Positions 37,151 through 48,700 of a DNA stretch of 64,000 bases are shown here, in pieces (positions within the stretch are counted from its first letter, which is position 1; the number at the start of each line of letters is the position of its first letter). The position numbers and the translations under genes were made by a program. Origin of the DNA: Raillietiella orientalis. Lineage: Eukaryota. The notes beneath the pieces were generated by a model. That model did no database searches. It saw only the letters and a program-made list of their open reading frames with translations, and had not been told where the DNA came from. Location: positions 310,001 to 374,000 of the forward strand of contig JAYWIR010000044.1 in assembly GCA_036172245.1 (NCBI GenBank), read 5' to 3'.

Positions 37151-37154
37151 AAGC

Positions 37155-37435
37155 AACGCCACCTCTTGTCACTTCATGGAGAGGGTGCCACTGTCCCAAC
37201 ACGTTGGGGCCATTTCACCTCCTCCGGAGGTAACGTGAGCAGCTAGCCCCAGTCTAGAAGTCTTTTCGATGTGGCACTCGGGGTCGCAGCGTCAGCTAGC
37301 TGCCGAGTTGTCCACGCGCTTAAAATTCTCTCCTGCCTTGGATACCGCAGGACACTTCCCACCCTGCCAGAAAATCGCTGTCTCTTGCTTCCCACAGAGA
37401 AGGCAGCACTGGGGCAAGGGGTGAACGAGGCCTAC
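37155..37435 (-). mobile_element. Small L1/Tx1 fragment
   Basis: ggcactcggggtcgcagcgtc matches 20488-20505 and the reverse complement of 36338-36360. Confidence 0.55.
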
Positions 37436-37612
37436 AGCAGTTTGTGGGCGCGCGTTGTCATGAAGGAGAAGAGAAATTCCCGATCTTAGCATTCCACGTC
37501 GTCGGTTCTGGATGGCACGCCGCAGTTCCAAAAGCGTTTCTCAGGAGACTTGCGGATAGACGGTTGTTTTAGGCTCCATGAAGTCCACCAAGAGCGCACA
37601 CCCCCTTGGTCT
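37436..37612 (-). mobile_element. mariner transposase fragment (inverted segment)
   Basis: LLVDFMEPKTT..ETLLELRRAIQNRRRGMLRSGISLLLHDNARPQTA. Confidence 0.9.
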
Positions 37613-37878
37613 CACACCCGGCTGTGTCCGCACATTCCGGATAATTCAGAAATCCAAATGGGAACTTCCTGATCACAGTCCCACCCGCCCGGTGACTGTC
37701 GCGTCTTCCTTCCTGCACCTCCAGAAGTGGCCCAACGATTCCAGAGGGAACGCGAGCTGTTGAAAAACTTCAGCGCTGCTGAACTCCCAGGCGGCGGAAT
37801 TCCATGCAGAGGGTTCCAAAAAGCCCCATCCACGGTATCCGAAGTGTTCGGAAAAGATGGCGACTACGTAGAGGTAAT
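37611..37878 (+). mobile_element. mariner transposase C-terminal fragment
   Basis: WELPDH, FLHLQKW, QRF, NSQAAEF, KC..GDYVE across frameshifts. Confidence 0.85.
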
Positions 37879-37989
37879 GCGACTGTTATCCTCCGGATTC
37901 TTCGGTCCCTTTCTGGTGTACTCGGTTGTACGCTTTGGTCTTCTCTTCCAGTCTTATTGACGGTCAGCACTGTTGTGAGGCTGCTGAAC

Positions 37990-38560
37990 TTTTAGGGGTA
38001 GGGCACTTATCGAATCAAAGTCACCGGGAGTAGATGAAGAGGAAGAAGGTATGGGAAGCCCGAATAGGCTCCCGTGGTCTCTAACCGGGCAGCCGATTCG
38101 AAAGGACTCAGCGTGGCGGACTGGTGGTGATCTCTGGAAAATAAAGAAGAAGCAAGGAATCGTCTCCTTCTTGTTTCTCCAAGCCACCTGATTCCGCAGG
38201 CGGCGTGCTCCTAGGAGGAGGCTTCGATGCAATTTGCCAGTCTAATCACGTGAGCCCTCAGCTGAGGAAGCTGCCGTTGAACACAGCCGAGAAATCTCAT
38301 GTATCTCACGGGACCGCCGGTATCAGAGTCTCACGCCGATCCTGAAGGCGTGGATCTTGCCAAGCTGCCACACGGCGGTGCCTTGCCAGTGCGAGAACAG
38401 TCCGCAAGGATGAAACCAATTCGTGTGAGCGAGTTTGGTACGCCTGCAAGTGGTCGAGTCTAGAAAAGGACAAGAGACAAAACGGCGTGGCAAAACGGCA
38501 ACGGCATTTCTGAAGTAGAAGAAATAGAGGAAGGCACCCGACTGCTTAACCGAGTTGCTT
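37990..38560 (-). mobile_element. Penelope-like RT fragment
   Basis: RPLAGVPNSLTRIGFILAD (~RPI..SxT..L) and FFFIFQ...RIGCPV (~FxF..MGSP). Confidence 0.5.
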
Positions 38561-38639
38561 GTATGACTCCTCGCGCAGAGAGTCTCTCGCTGCCATGGTT
38601 ACCATCCTTAGTTACCGACAAGCGTCGTAGTTGCCTCTT

Positions 38640-39000
38640 GTCTCATTTTTTTTCCTCTTTTTGTACTTCTCTGCTTTTTTTCCTTAGACTTTTCAGGGAA
38701 CTCGACCACTTGCAGGCGTGCCAAGCTCGCTCACACGAATTGGTTTCCTCCTTGCGGACTGTTTCTTTCATCTGCAGGACACTGCCGCGAGCAGCATCCT
38801 CACTGTCTTAGTGCCTAGGGGGTTTGAAGAAAGAGTTTTGTGTAGAAAGAATAGGTGTACTATGGAGATGATTACTATGATGAAAGGTAGAATGAAGTGT
38901 AATGAGAAGAATCGGTTGAGCGTGGGATTAGACACGAAGAAGTTTCCGTAGCTCGGCGACATCCGCTCCTTCAGGATCGGTGGGCTGTTGCCAAGAGACT
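38640..39000 (+). mobile_element. Penelope-like RT fragment, inverted partner, interrupted by NUMT
   Basis: 38700-38763 is the reverse complement of 38396-38459 (3 mismatches); homology resumes after the NUMT (ccttcaggatcgg). Confidence 0.55.
38808..38947 (-). pseudogene. CYTB: NUMT: mitochondrial cytochrome b fragment
   Basis: [43 protein letters not shown], the helix D region with its two heme-ligating His; only ~140 bp, no flanking mtDNA. Confidence 0.93.
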
Positions 39001-39029
39001 GATCTGTGAATAGCAATCTCGACAAGCTC

Positions 39030-41720
39030 GTTCGTGCCGGTGTCCAGTTTCTCACAGACGACCTGATGAGTGCAAAGCAGCACCAATCCTCGCTCCCAGA
39101 AGAGACGATCGAAAAGTGGACGGCATCAGGACGGAACGCCGGAAGGCGACGTTCATTGGGGGCTACCGTGCGAGTGTTGTGCGGGTCTTGATGAAACCCT
39201 CGGTCAAAGGTGCCGTTCGTAACCCCTGCCAGGTTGCGGTAAAGACTGTGGTCGAGACGGGTGCGTTTGGACCCCACCGCTTGTCGGACTGCGGCCCTCT
39301 GCCCCCCAGGTGTTCCTCGTACACGTGGGCGCTCACCGCCTTTCGAATTCCGCGGTCCCAAAGCTCCGCAAGCACCTCCGAGGAACGGAAATGGATGCGA
39401 ACTTCCAGCCACATGCGGTACCGCGGGGCGACCCACCTGTAAACCGAAAGCTACGCAAAGGCTGTGTCGAGAGGGTTTTCCGATGTGGCGGCAAAGAAGA
39501 GCTAGGAGACCTCGAACCACCACGAGCACACCTTCCCTCGCTCGCGCCAGCGAAGAAAGCGCTTGCGGCTGTGGGCGATTGCCGGCTTGCTTCGGCGGTC
39601 TTCCGAGTTTCTTGGAACGGATGGGGTGGGAGGCGTGGCACACTCGAGAAGAAATGGATTGTTCGAGTATCCGGTGTCCTTGGGATGTGCCATCGAATGG
39701 GCCGCAGCCTCCGGCAGCGAAAGAAGAGCCTTTAGAATCACATAGCGAGTCGGAGGAAAGAATTTGACTCTTTGCTCGCAGGTTCCGTCCAGCATCTCCT
39801 GCACACTTGAGCTCCATGGCACGGCTCCACGCCCACAACCGATTTTTGACTCTGCGTTGGCGATGCCAAACAAAAAGGAAAGGAAATTTGCATAGCGAGC
39901 TCAGCGCGGGCATCTCCAAGGTCCCTTCTCCACGTAATCTTTGCTTCCCCTTTGCCCAGACAGCAATGGGGAGCTCGCGAGAACACGCCGCGGGGGATCG
40001 AAGTCCTTGTTTGCTTCCTTTCCCTCCTCCCCCTCCCACCTCCTCCAGCCTGCGCGTGCGCTCAACCGGGCCCGTCGCCTCTCCTCGCGAGGCGCCGGGG
40101 TCCGACCTGAGGGAGTCTGACCCGCACTCCTCGAGGGAAAGGTCCGCACGAGTGCCGGCGGCATTGCGATCGATGACGCCAAGCGCCTGGGAACGATTCG
40201 AACGGGAGCCACCATTTCCCGACGCGCGCGCTCCCTTTAATGGCGCGGCGCGAACATCCGACTGCATCGTGCGTGTCCTGCGTAAGGACGGCAGGCGGGG
40301 GACGCACTGTCCTCGCGGGACGCCCGGTCTCCCGGGCTTGCGAAACGCGCGCGCCAGCCTTCGCGCCGAGAAGTCCCGGAGAGGCTGCCGGCTGAATTCT
40401 CATGAGCGCAGCTTCTGCGGTCCGCTATCGCCAGATGTGATCACCCAATCAAACGTTCATCCCTCAGGAATCTCTTGCCGAGTCGGAAATCTGAGCGAAC
40501 CTCGCGTACCCTCGCAGGGATTGGGATGCCGGAGACATGCCGATGGCAGTGCGCGGCCGAAATGGGTGATCGGAACCCCTGCTGGCGTAGGAAATCTTAT
40601 CGGCCGTCATCCCTACGTTACGCTGCCCATATTAACGAACGCATTAATCAATATTAATGGACGGCCGGAGAGAAATCAGAGGCGTGGGGATTTCGTCAAC
40701 GCGACCGGTGCTGCCATCTACGGCGCGTGAGCGGTGGATTCGTTTTGTGCGGGGAGGAGGCGCGTTCTCTGGAGCGGCTCTGGTGGAGGATGCCAGTTCG
40801 GTTCCAAGCGTAACGCCCATCGGTCATCCATCGGGCGTGGGAGAACCCTGGGGGAACTCACGCTTCCAGGGAGGCGCGCCTCCCTGCCGTTCCGACCGCC
40901 CGGACGTCTGCGGTCTCTGTGCCGGCGATCGAGACACGCGGGAACCTCGAGGGACGAGCGTTGGCGCCAGACGCTAGAGTCGCCGAAATTTCCTTGGAGC
41001 GGAAAGGACGGCTCGGATGGCCCGGAACTGAGACCCAGAGAGAGACGTCGCCTCGGGAGTCGATGCTCCCGACCGAATCTCCCACCGCCACAGAGCCTCA
41101 CTCGGAATGTGCGTGAGCTTGGGCTACCCTCAGATCTTTCCTGCAGGAGACCTACAGATTCGAAAGACTCCGGAAAACTCCTTGTCTTTCAGTAGCAATG
41201 ATCCAAACGCTCTGGACTCTGCGGGTGCTCCATGTGTACGTGTACGTCATCGCCATCCGGCTGTCTCGTTGCTCCCAAACATTGCAAGGAAGTATTCTTC
41301 CACCTTTCGCATCTCCTCCCACGCTCCGCACACCGCCTAGCGAATATCTGTAAGGACAGGTACCGAGTTTGGTTTCGAATCCCCCCGAGAGATGACGCCG
41401 CAGCGGAGTGAGACACAAGGCGCTCGAAGTGCATCATCGGTGGGGTTCGCTCGCGCCCGCGTTTGAAAGCCCCGTTGACTAACCGAAAAGGGAGGGTGAC
41501 CCTTCGCCTGATCAACGGGGCGTTTACTCCAGGAAGCTCCTGGATACACGCGCACCTTGGATGTGCCCCAGTGAAAGGACCCTGCTGGTCTCCATGTGGC
41601 CGCGTTGTCGAGACCCTCCGACATCCCCGCGAGGTGTGTTCACCCTCCGCGAGGCGAGATTGAACACACCTCGCCTTGCAGAGTGTTTCTGCGAAGGGTG
41701 TATGAATCGAAGCGTTTGAT
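39030..41720 (-). mobile_element. Long decayed L1/Tx1-like ORF2 (APE endonuclease, RT, C-term)
   Basis: TYTWS plus RLDHCY (APE domain, ~41190-41250), [16 protein letters not shown] (~PFxxxRGVRQG, ~40120-40144), VWAKGK, AAGGCG. Confidence 0.6.
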
Positions 41721-41739
41721 GTGTGTTTGCGGGTGTGTG

Positions 41740-43300
41740 TGTGTGCGTGTTTTCAAAATAATAGGGTTGGAGAGAGTCGTCAGACCGTTTCAGCATATCG
41801 AGGTGGACCGTGGATTCCTTCGGGAGATCTTCAGCCATCTGCTGTCAAAAGAAACAAGGATAGTTAGCTCCAATGGGAAGTCTAGTCAGCTCTGGGCGGG
41901 AGGGAGTGATTCAAGATGCTGAGAGGCTCCCTTGGTTCCGACTTCATCAGGTTTCTTTGTCCAGATGAGCAGCTAGAAAGGATCGCTCCGTTTGACAGGT
42001 GGGAAGGTACTTCGAAAAGTGGTTTATGCCACAATGTGTGATACTCAGTGACTTTTATTCTTTTCTTCTTTTTCATAGGAATTGAACTCCTCATCGCAAG
42101 TCTGCTTGATGTAAATCCATCACTATCACTTGGTAGCCGGACCACTGAAGTCGGAGGACGCTCTCGTAAGCTGTAAAACCAAACGCCAATTTAGAATAGG
42201 AAATCGGCATTGGTCGCGTATGAGATGGTGATCTCCTCGCAGCACAATTTCATTTCTTTTTTTTTTTTTTGCTTTATCAAACAAACATCCGACCCTTGAC
42301 GAAAAGACCGTGGTTTCGAGGTCATAAACCGCCTGCACTTCATCGGACTTTCCTCGGCGTTGTTTATTAACAACACATGCAAATGAGGATCGTCCTGGAT
42401 TACTCCTGGCTTTGCATAGTGTGACTGCAAAAGCCGTTTCTTTCAGGGGAGGGGCATTCGTGAAACGATCTGCATAGAGCTTTGGAGAAGGATTTTCCTC
42501 TTGCAATCTTTGGGGGTAGAAGGGGCATCTCTTATCTCATAAGAAGAGACAGCCTCTCTCCGATGCTCCGGTGTCATAGTACCCGTCTCTACAGCGCCTC
42601 TGACGTCACGAAGGACATTCGTCGGCTCCTGAGGCTGTAGGGCTTCCACAAATTTCATTCGTCAATCACGTGACCGAGAGAAGAAGAGACGACGCAGACT
42701 CGAATGCATACAAGAGGGAGAGACGGTACCATGAACCGGTGGATCTGCATCGGCAAGTCGGATGCTCGCACGCCAAGACAGTTTTGGTAAGAACACCAGG
42801 GATTGCCGCTTATCAATCTTGTGACCAATTAGCCACCGACACTCCGGCAGCTGAAAGGAAATCGCGAGGAGATATGAAGCTGCAAAGAATCTGTGCGAGC
42901 ATCCAGCTCTGCCCATCATTTCCAAGTACCGCCAGCATCCCATCAGGCAACAGATGCTCTTCTCATTCTACAGCAGATTTCGCTTCTAATTTATAAAAGC
43001 CCTGTCAAGAGAAACCACTGAGAACTTCTGCACCAGAGCGGAATCCCCCGCCCAGCTTGGGGTTCAGCCCTGAGCATCCAGGACTGGTGTCCGACATGGT
43101 TCCCGGTGTAGCTGATAGAAGGCGTCTCAGGATCAGTTCCTTGAGAAAAGCGAGGGTTGTCAGCTGGGCGGAAACTGTAAGCGATTCAACTTCAGCGCGG
43201 CACGTGTTCAAATATTCATTGGTAACGGATGTGAGAGGGAAGCGGTTCTTTTAGACAGGTCATGAAGTTCAATATCCTCGAGAAGTTCCACGCCCCGAGC
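41740..43300 (-). mobile_element. Decayed Penelope-like element
   Basis: LAFLKE (N-term), SPKLYA, HLIRD, IYIKQ-RLAMRSSIP (~YKQxxGLAMGSPIS, ~42075-42118), LSILNH, DFPLE..STSI..YYFENTH. Confidence 0.55.
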
Positions 43301-43479
43301 AAACTGCTGAACGGGGTGAATCGGAAGGTGTCCCTCATCTGAGAAGACTTACGGCCTATTCTTATTCCTAATGGCGCTTGCAGGTCCCAAGTTTTTCATC
43401 ACGATGAGCGATTTGCACAAGCAGCAGTAGGACTGGCCGGCAGAATTGGCCACTCGAGGCTGCTTTATAAGGTCTTGCC

Positions 43480-44095
43480 CTTCTTGGCGGACAGTCTCCG
43501 CGCGTAGTACCAGGAGCTGTGGGTTCGAGTCCCCATATGGAGGATCGACACCGACATATGGGGCGTCTGTCGTGGGTTCCGAGTCCCCTCCGCTGGTTGA
43601 CCTGTAAACTTCGGGTGTGGCATACAAGCCGAAAACCGGATGGTCGCGTTGATTGGCCGCGATTAGAAGTTGACACTCCGGAATCCTTCCAGGAATCTAG
43701 GAGCCTTTCGTGGCTTTTCTCCGGTTTTGAAACTGGAGCTGTTTCACCCTCGGGGGAGGGCCCTTCATCGCGTACCACAGAACGGGTTGATCGGTATCTC
43801 TCCAGAGCGTAAAGAAGTGCTCTGCTTCCTTCGGGAGCAACCCTTCAGAGAATTTGAAAGCGTCCCTACGGGACCCTCTTCAGAGGAGTAACCAGAAGCT
43901 GTTCCATTCCGGGTTCCCTCCGAAAAAGAAATTAGGAGTGGTCCTTAGAAGCTGGGGGACTCTTCCAGAGAGAATGAGGAATAGCTTCCTTTCGGGGTTC
44001 TCTTCGGTGATAACCAGGGCGAGGGTTTCCTTCGGGGTTCCCTACCAAGAGTAGGAGGAACAGACTCCTTCATCCGGAGCCTTCCTGGGTTTATG
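43480..44095 (+). mobile_element. Family A (copy 6)
   Basis: Box B gtgggttcgagtcccc (~43518-43534), second degenerate box at ~43572, hairpin gcttccTTCGggagc (43824-43838), end ggagccttcctggg. Confidence 0.85.
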
Positions 44096-44429
44096 GGGTA
44101 ATCCCCTCGTAGGCTAGTAGTAACGATCTCTTCTTGAGGTCGCTCCTGGCCTTTTTAAACAAGAGCCAAAGCTTCAAGATAAAAAAGAACATCGTAGTGT
44201 TGTTTGTAATCTTGGAATCAGGGAACTCTGGAAAGTAGAGGGAGTTGACGGGACATGTCTGTGCTAAGACGAGAGCGAAGCAGATGAAAGGGGTCGACGG
44301 CAGGGTTTAGAAAATGCCCCCACTAAACTGTGCTTCCAATCCAAAAAAGAAACTAATTAGCCTCTTCTGCTGTTTCATTATGAGAGCAGCTGGAGAAATC
44401 TGGACTGAGTACGCGGTTTGGGGATTCGG

Positions 44430-44600
44430 ATGCAAGGTCAACTTGTCCACTACCACCACTCCCCTCCAAAATGGAAATCGAGTGGGGTTCACGGAGAATG
44501 AGGAAGACTTGAAAATTAGTTGCAGACACCCTGGACTTGAGTGAGAAGACATTTCTGGCAATGTTGGGGCTCAAGCCCGATGGAATGGTGGGGTCTCAAT
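44430..44600 (+). mobile_element. PLE N-terminal relic downstream of family A copy 6
   Basis: KVNLSTT-PL..MEIE...LK (~VNLSxxxLxxxExxxLxKGLxF). Confidence 0.4.
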
Positions 44601-44719
44601 CTTCCCGGACTAGAATTTCCCCTGGCCGTGTCAGTGCATTGTCATCTCACTCTGCTGCGTCGTGACCTATTCTGCTGCCCACTGTGGCTGCTCCTCTTGG
44701 AGCAGATCTTAACGCGAGC

Positions 44720-47515
44720 TTTGAGTGAGATCACTTCTGAACGAAAGCAGACGATGCCTTCACTTGCTTCTCCGGGGCGAACAAACTGTCCGCTATCGTC
44801 GTCTTCCAAAAAAAGGAACAAACTCGTCCAAACAATTTCTACCAGCACTGTTTATAGAGTAGTTATAAATAATCCCATCATCACCCAGGGACCTTCAGAT
44901 CGAGTCCATTTCCTTTCAGATGCACAGGGGGGAATTATTAATGAGGATGCTGTTTGTAGTCGATCTTGGAGTTGAGAGCTGGTTCCATAAAACACGGAAC
45001 CGACACACCAAGCGGAAGTAAATTTCGTAGCTGAGCAAATTTCATGCAAAACGAGACGAATAGGGACAGTGAGGGGACTTCTGTTCCTGGTATGGAGGTG
45101 GCAGTTGATTACATTCGCAACATTTTCTATGGCTTCCCGCCCTCATCCCGCAGCAGTTTGTTTATGGCTTCCTCTAAGGAAAGCAAAATTCTAAAAGCTT
45201 GAAATAGGGAATTCGTGAAGGCAAGGCCCAAGCTCAAAGACTCATGGAATCCTGATCTGCTTTCGGGAACCGATTCGCGACGGTCGGTTTCTTCCTTCCT
45301 TGGGGCGCGGTAACAAGGCGCAGGCCGTTTTTGCTCGAGGTCGCACGACTTACTCGTCAGACAGAACCGCCAACCGTCACGTCCCCAAGATGTGCATGAA
45401 TCTTCCAAGCCCTATTTCAAGACGTGCGCAGCAGCAGGGGCAGCACGGACTTGAAGACTGAAGTGTGGAACATGCTTCGAGTGAGGGTTGACAGGCAACC
45501 CTCGGCGTCGGTGCATCCGTTTCTTGTACACAGTGGAATGATGGAGCTCCCCAGTAGGGATAGACCGGTGTACTCCGCTTAGGTACACCTAAATCTAGAG
45601 AACCCCTTCAACGTTTGTACAGCACGCTCTGAGATCGATGACAACTGACAGAACGAAATACTTCAATTCGAAAGCGCACGGTGGGTCACTGAAAACCGGC
45701 CCTCCTCCAGTGGGGTTTTACGCCGTGACGCCCGCGTGCTCGACCAGCATGGAGCCCAACAGGGCAACCTAAGAATACGCGGCGAGCGGCTTGGAAGCGT
45801 CCCACCTCCAGTGGGGCTTTCCGCCGTGACGTCCGCTGCTCGACCAGCATGGAGCCCAACGGGGCGACCTAAGAATACGCGGCGAGCGGCGAAGCGTCCC
45901 ACCTCCAGTGGGGCTTCCGCCGCCGTCCGCGTGCTCGACCAGCATGGAGCCCAACGGGGCGACCTGAATACGCGGCCAGCGGCTTGGAAGCGTCCCACCT
46001 CCAGTGGGGCTTTCCGCCGTGACCCGCGTGCTCGACCAGCATGGAGCCCACGGGCACCTAAGAATACGCGGCGAGCGGCTGGAAGCGTCCCACCTCCAGT
46101 GGGGCTCTCCGCCGCCGTCCGCGTGCTCGACCAGCATGGAGCCCAACGGGCGACCTAAGAATACGCGGCGAGCGGCTTGGAAGCGTCCCACCTCCTGTGG
46201 GGCTTTTCGCCGTGCCGTCCGCGTGCTCGACCAGCATGGAGCCCAACGGGGCGACCTAAGAATACGCGGCGAGCGGCTTGGAAGCGTCCCACCTCCAGTG
46301 GGGCTCTCCGCCGTGCCGTCCGCGTGCTCGACCAGCATGGAGCCCAACGGGGCGACCTAAGAATGGCAGCGGTAAGCGTCCCACCTCCATCCGCTGGTCC
46401 GCGTGCTCGACCAGCATGGAGCCCAACAGGGCAACCTAAGAATACGCGGCGAGCGGCTTGGAAGCGTCCCACCTCCAGTGGGGCTTTCCGCCGTGACGTC
46501 CGCTGCTCGACCAGCATGGAGCCCAACGGGGCGACCTAAGAATACGCGGCGAGCGGCTTGGAAGCGTCCCACCTCCAGTGGGGCTCTCCGCCGTGCCGTC
46601 CGCGTGCTCGACCAGCATGGAGCCCAACGGGGCGACCTAAGAATACGCGGCCAGCGGCTTGGAAGCGTCCCACCTCCAGTGGGGCTTTCCGCCGTGACTC
46701 CCGCGTGCTCGACCAGCATGGAGCCCAACGGGGCGACCTAAGAATACGCGGCGAGCGGCTTGGAAGCGTCCCACCTCCAGTGGGGCTCTCCGCCGTGCCG
46801 TCCGCGTGCTCGACCAGCATGGAGCCCAACGGGGCGACCTAAGAATACGCGGCGAGCGGCTTGGAAGCGTCCCACCTCCTGTGGGGCTTTTCGCCGTGCC
46901 GTCCGCGTGCTCGACCAGCATGGAGCCCAACGGGGCGACCTAAGAATACGCGGCGAGCGGCTTGGAAGCGTCCCACCTCCAGTGGGGCTCTCCGCCGTGC
47001 CGTCCGCGTGCTCGACCAGCATGGAGCCCAACGGGGCGACCTAAGAATACGCGGCGAGCGATTTGGAAGCGTCCCACCTCCTGTGGGGCTTTTCGCCGTG
47101 CCGTCCGCGTGCTCGACCAGCATGGAGCCCAACGGGGCGACCTAAGAATACGCGGCGAGCGATTTGGAAGCGTCCCACCTCCTGTGGGGCTTTTCGCCGT
47201 GCCGTCCGCGTGCTCGACCAGCATGGAGCCCAACGGGGCGACCTAAGAATACGCGGCGAGCGGCTTGGAAGCGTCAAGCCTGGCCGTGAGAAGAAAAGTG
47301 GTGCTAAGCATCTCCCATAGAAAGGGCTTCGAAGATACAATAATGAGACTCCTGAGGAACATGATGGTGGCAGTTTGGGTTGTCTCTTTCAGTGTCTCTT
47401 TCGAAGAATCATGACTCAGGAAGTTTTCAGTCTTTGCCACTCTTCAGACAAACATCCACTTGCAGTTTAAGGAAGTTTCAGTGAGACATCGATTGCGAAG
47501 TCGTTCTCTCCACGG
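44720..47515 (-). mobile_element. Decayed Penelope-like element interrupted by the satellite
   Basis: FAIDVS..QVDVCL (motif A, ~47445-47500), CL-STTFF (~47290-47312), satellite, STVYKKRMH (~TSVYRKPTH), KSVL..NRAWKI, LEEAINKLL, YEI..C.GSVFYGTSSQLQDRL (GIY-YIG, ~44957-45030). Confidence 0.7.
45692..47275. repeat. 101-bp GC-rich tandem satellite, 16 units
   Basis: gaccagcatgg occurs 16 times; exact 101-bp period in the right half, some shorter variant units at left. Confidence 0.97.
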
Positions 47516-47519
47516 GGAC

Positions 47520-47800
47520 TACCCAAAGACGAAAATGTATCCACCCTCATCTTCCTGGCGAACTGCAAATGGATGCTTGTGTGAAGAGAGGCAAATCCTG
47601 AAAACTTCCTGAGAGATGATTCTTCGAAAGAGAAACTGAAAGAGACACGAGACAGTCCATAGGTTTGCTTTCCGCTGTGGTTTCCTGTTGCTGGGATGCT
47701 TGACGGCACTCCAGTGCTCTGCATCTTAGTGATCGCCCTGAACCCCTTGGCCATCTGTTTGCTGTGCATATGACGCGTCTCAGGGGTCTTCCAGTCGATG
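47520..47800 (+). mobile_element. Penelope-like RT fragment, inverted relative to the previous element
   Basis: 47561-47647 is an inverted copy of 47381-47467; PLGHLFAVHMTRL (~PLGPLFANIxMxxLE). Confidence 0.55.
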
Positions 47801-48049
47801 CATCCGACTCGAACAAAGTACTTGCATCTCATCGTACTGGCACCCCTGCAAGTGCGAAAATGAAATCTCACGGTCCTCTGATGTCAGGAGAACGCTGACT
47901 TGCTGATTTGTTGAGATCATCTACGGAATTTTCAGAACGGGCACATCCGCGACAGGGAAATCAGCAACGGACTGGTACTCTGGCATGCTGGAGTGCCGTC
48001 ACCGAAATTCGGCGTAAAGGCCGAACCGAAATTGATGAAACGCCGCAAA

Positions 48050-48700
48050 CGTAAACACAATCTTCATAAAACCGCCCTGTGACTTGGGGGGGAAACGATG
48101 ATAGTTCGAGAGATCATCAAACCCAGGTCATGGAGAAACTACCTTTATAAAAGATGGAAGCGCTCGCCACGGGACGACAGAACAGCCGTTGAATCTGTGC
48201 AGGAAATATCGACGGAGATGAGCATCCTGCTGCTGTTTTTCCTGACATGCACCGCATCGAAGCCAGTCTCAGAGGTAAAGAAAGTAGATTTCTTATACGC
48301 CTCGCCGGAAATGTTGTCAATGTATTTTGCTTGGGTGTAGTCATGGCTACGGAACCTTCTAGCGGACCTCTTCTTTTTCTTATCCGTGAAAGCTCGGTAG
48401 CTCAAGCGACGATGCTGAAGAATGAATTTCCGATTTCGCAGCTAACAGCAAAGGTTTCCAGCGACTCTTTCGCAACTATCAGAGCATGTACTAAGCTTCC
48501 GTTGTGATGGAGTGAAAATCACAGCCAAGAGCTGTAGCCGAACTCGGGTAGGTGGTGCAGGAAGCTTCGTTCACGATAGGGGCCCTACGGCTTGCCAATC
48601 TGCAGCAATCGGATGGTGTCGAGTGGGTCGGAGAGAGGTTCCTTTCTAAAGATTCAAGGACCACTCCTGAGCACGGAGGAGTCCCAAGTGCAGACGGGAC
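48050..48700 (-). mobile_element. Decayed Penelope-like RT relic
   Basis: RRAPIVNEASCTTY (~PLRPIVNxxxSPTY, ~48549-48590), VSCEIGNSF (~VSFDVxSLF), KSTFF. Confidence 0.55.

Noticed and set aside
38768..40267. 499-aa ORF as a cytochrome b fusion gene
   Set aside because: Chance read-through of a GC-rich LINE relic into a ~140-bp NUMT.
45692..47275. CRISPR array, or the many overlapping ORFs in the satellite
   Set aside because: No unique spacers, no cas genes, eukaryotic context; the ORFs arise from a GC-rich 101-bp period.
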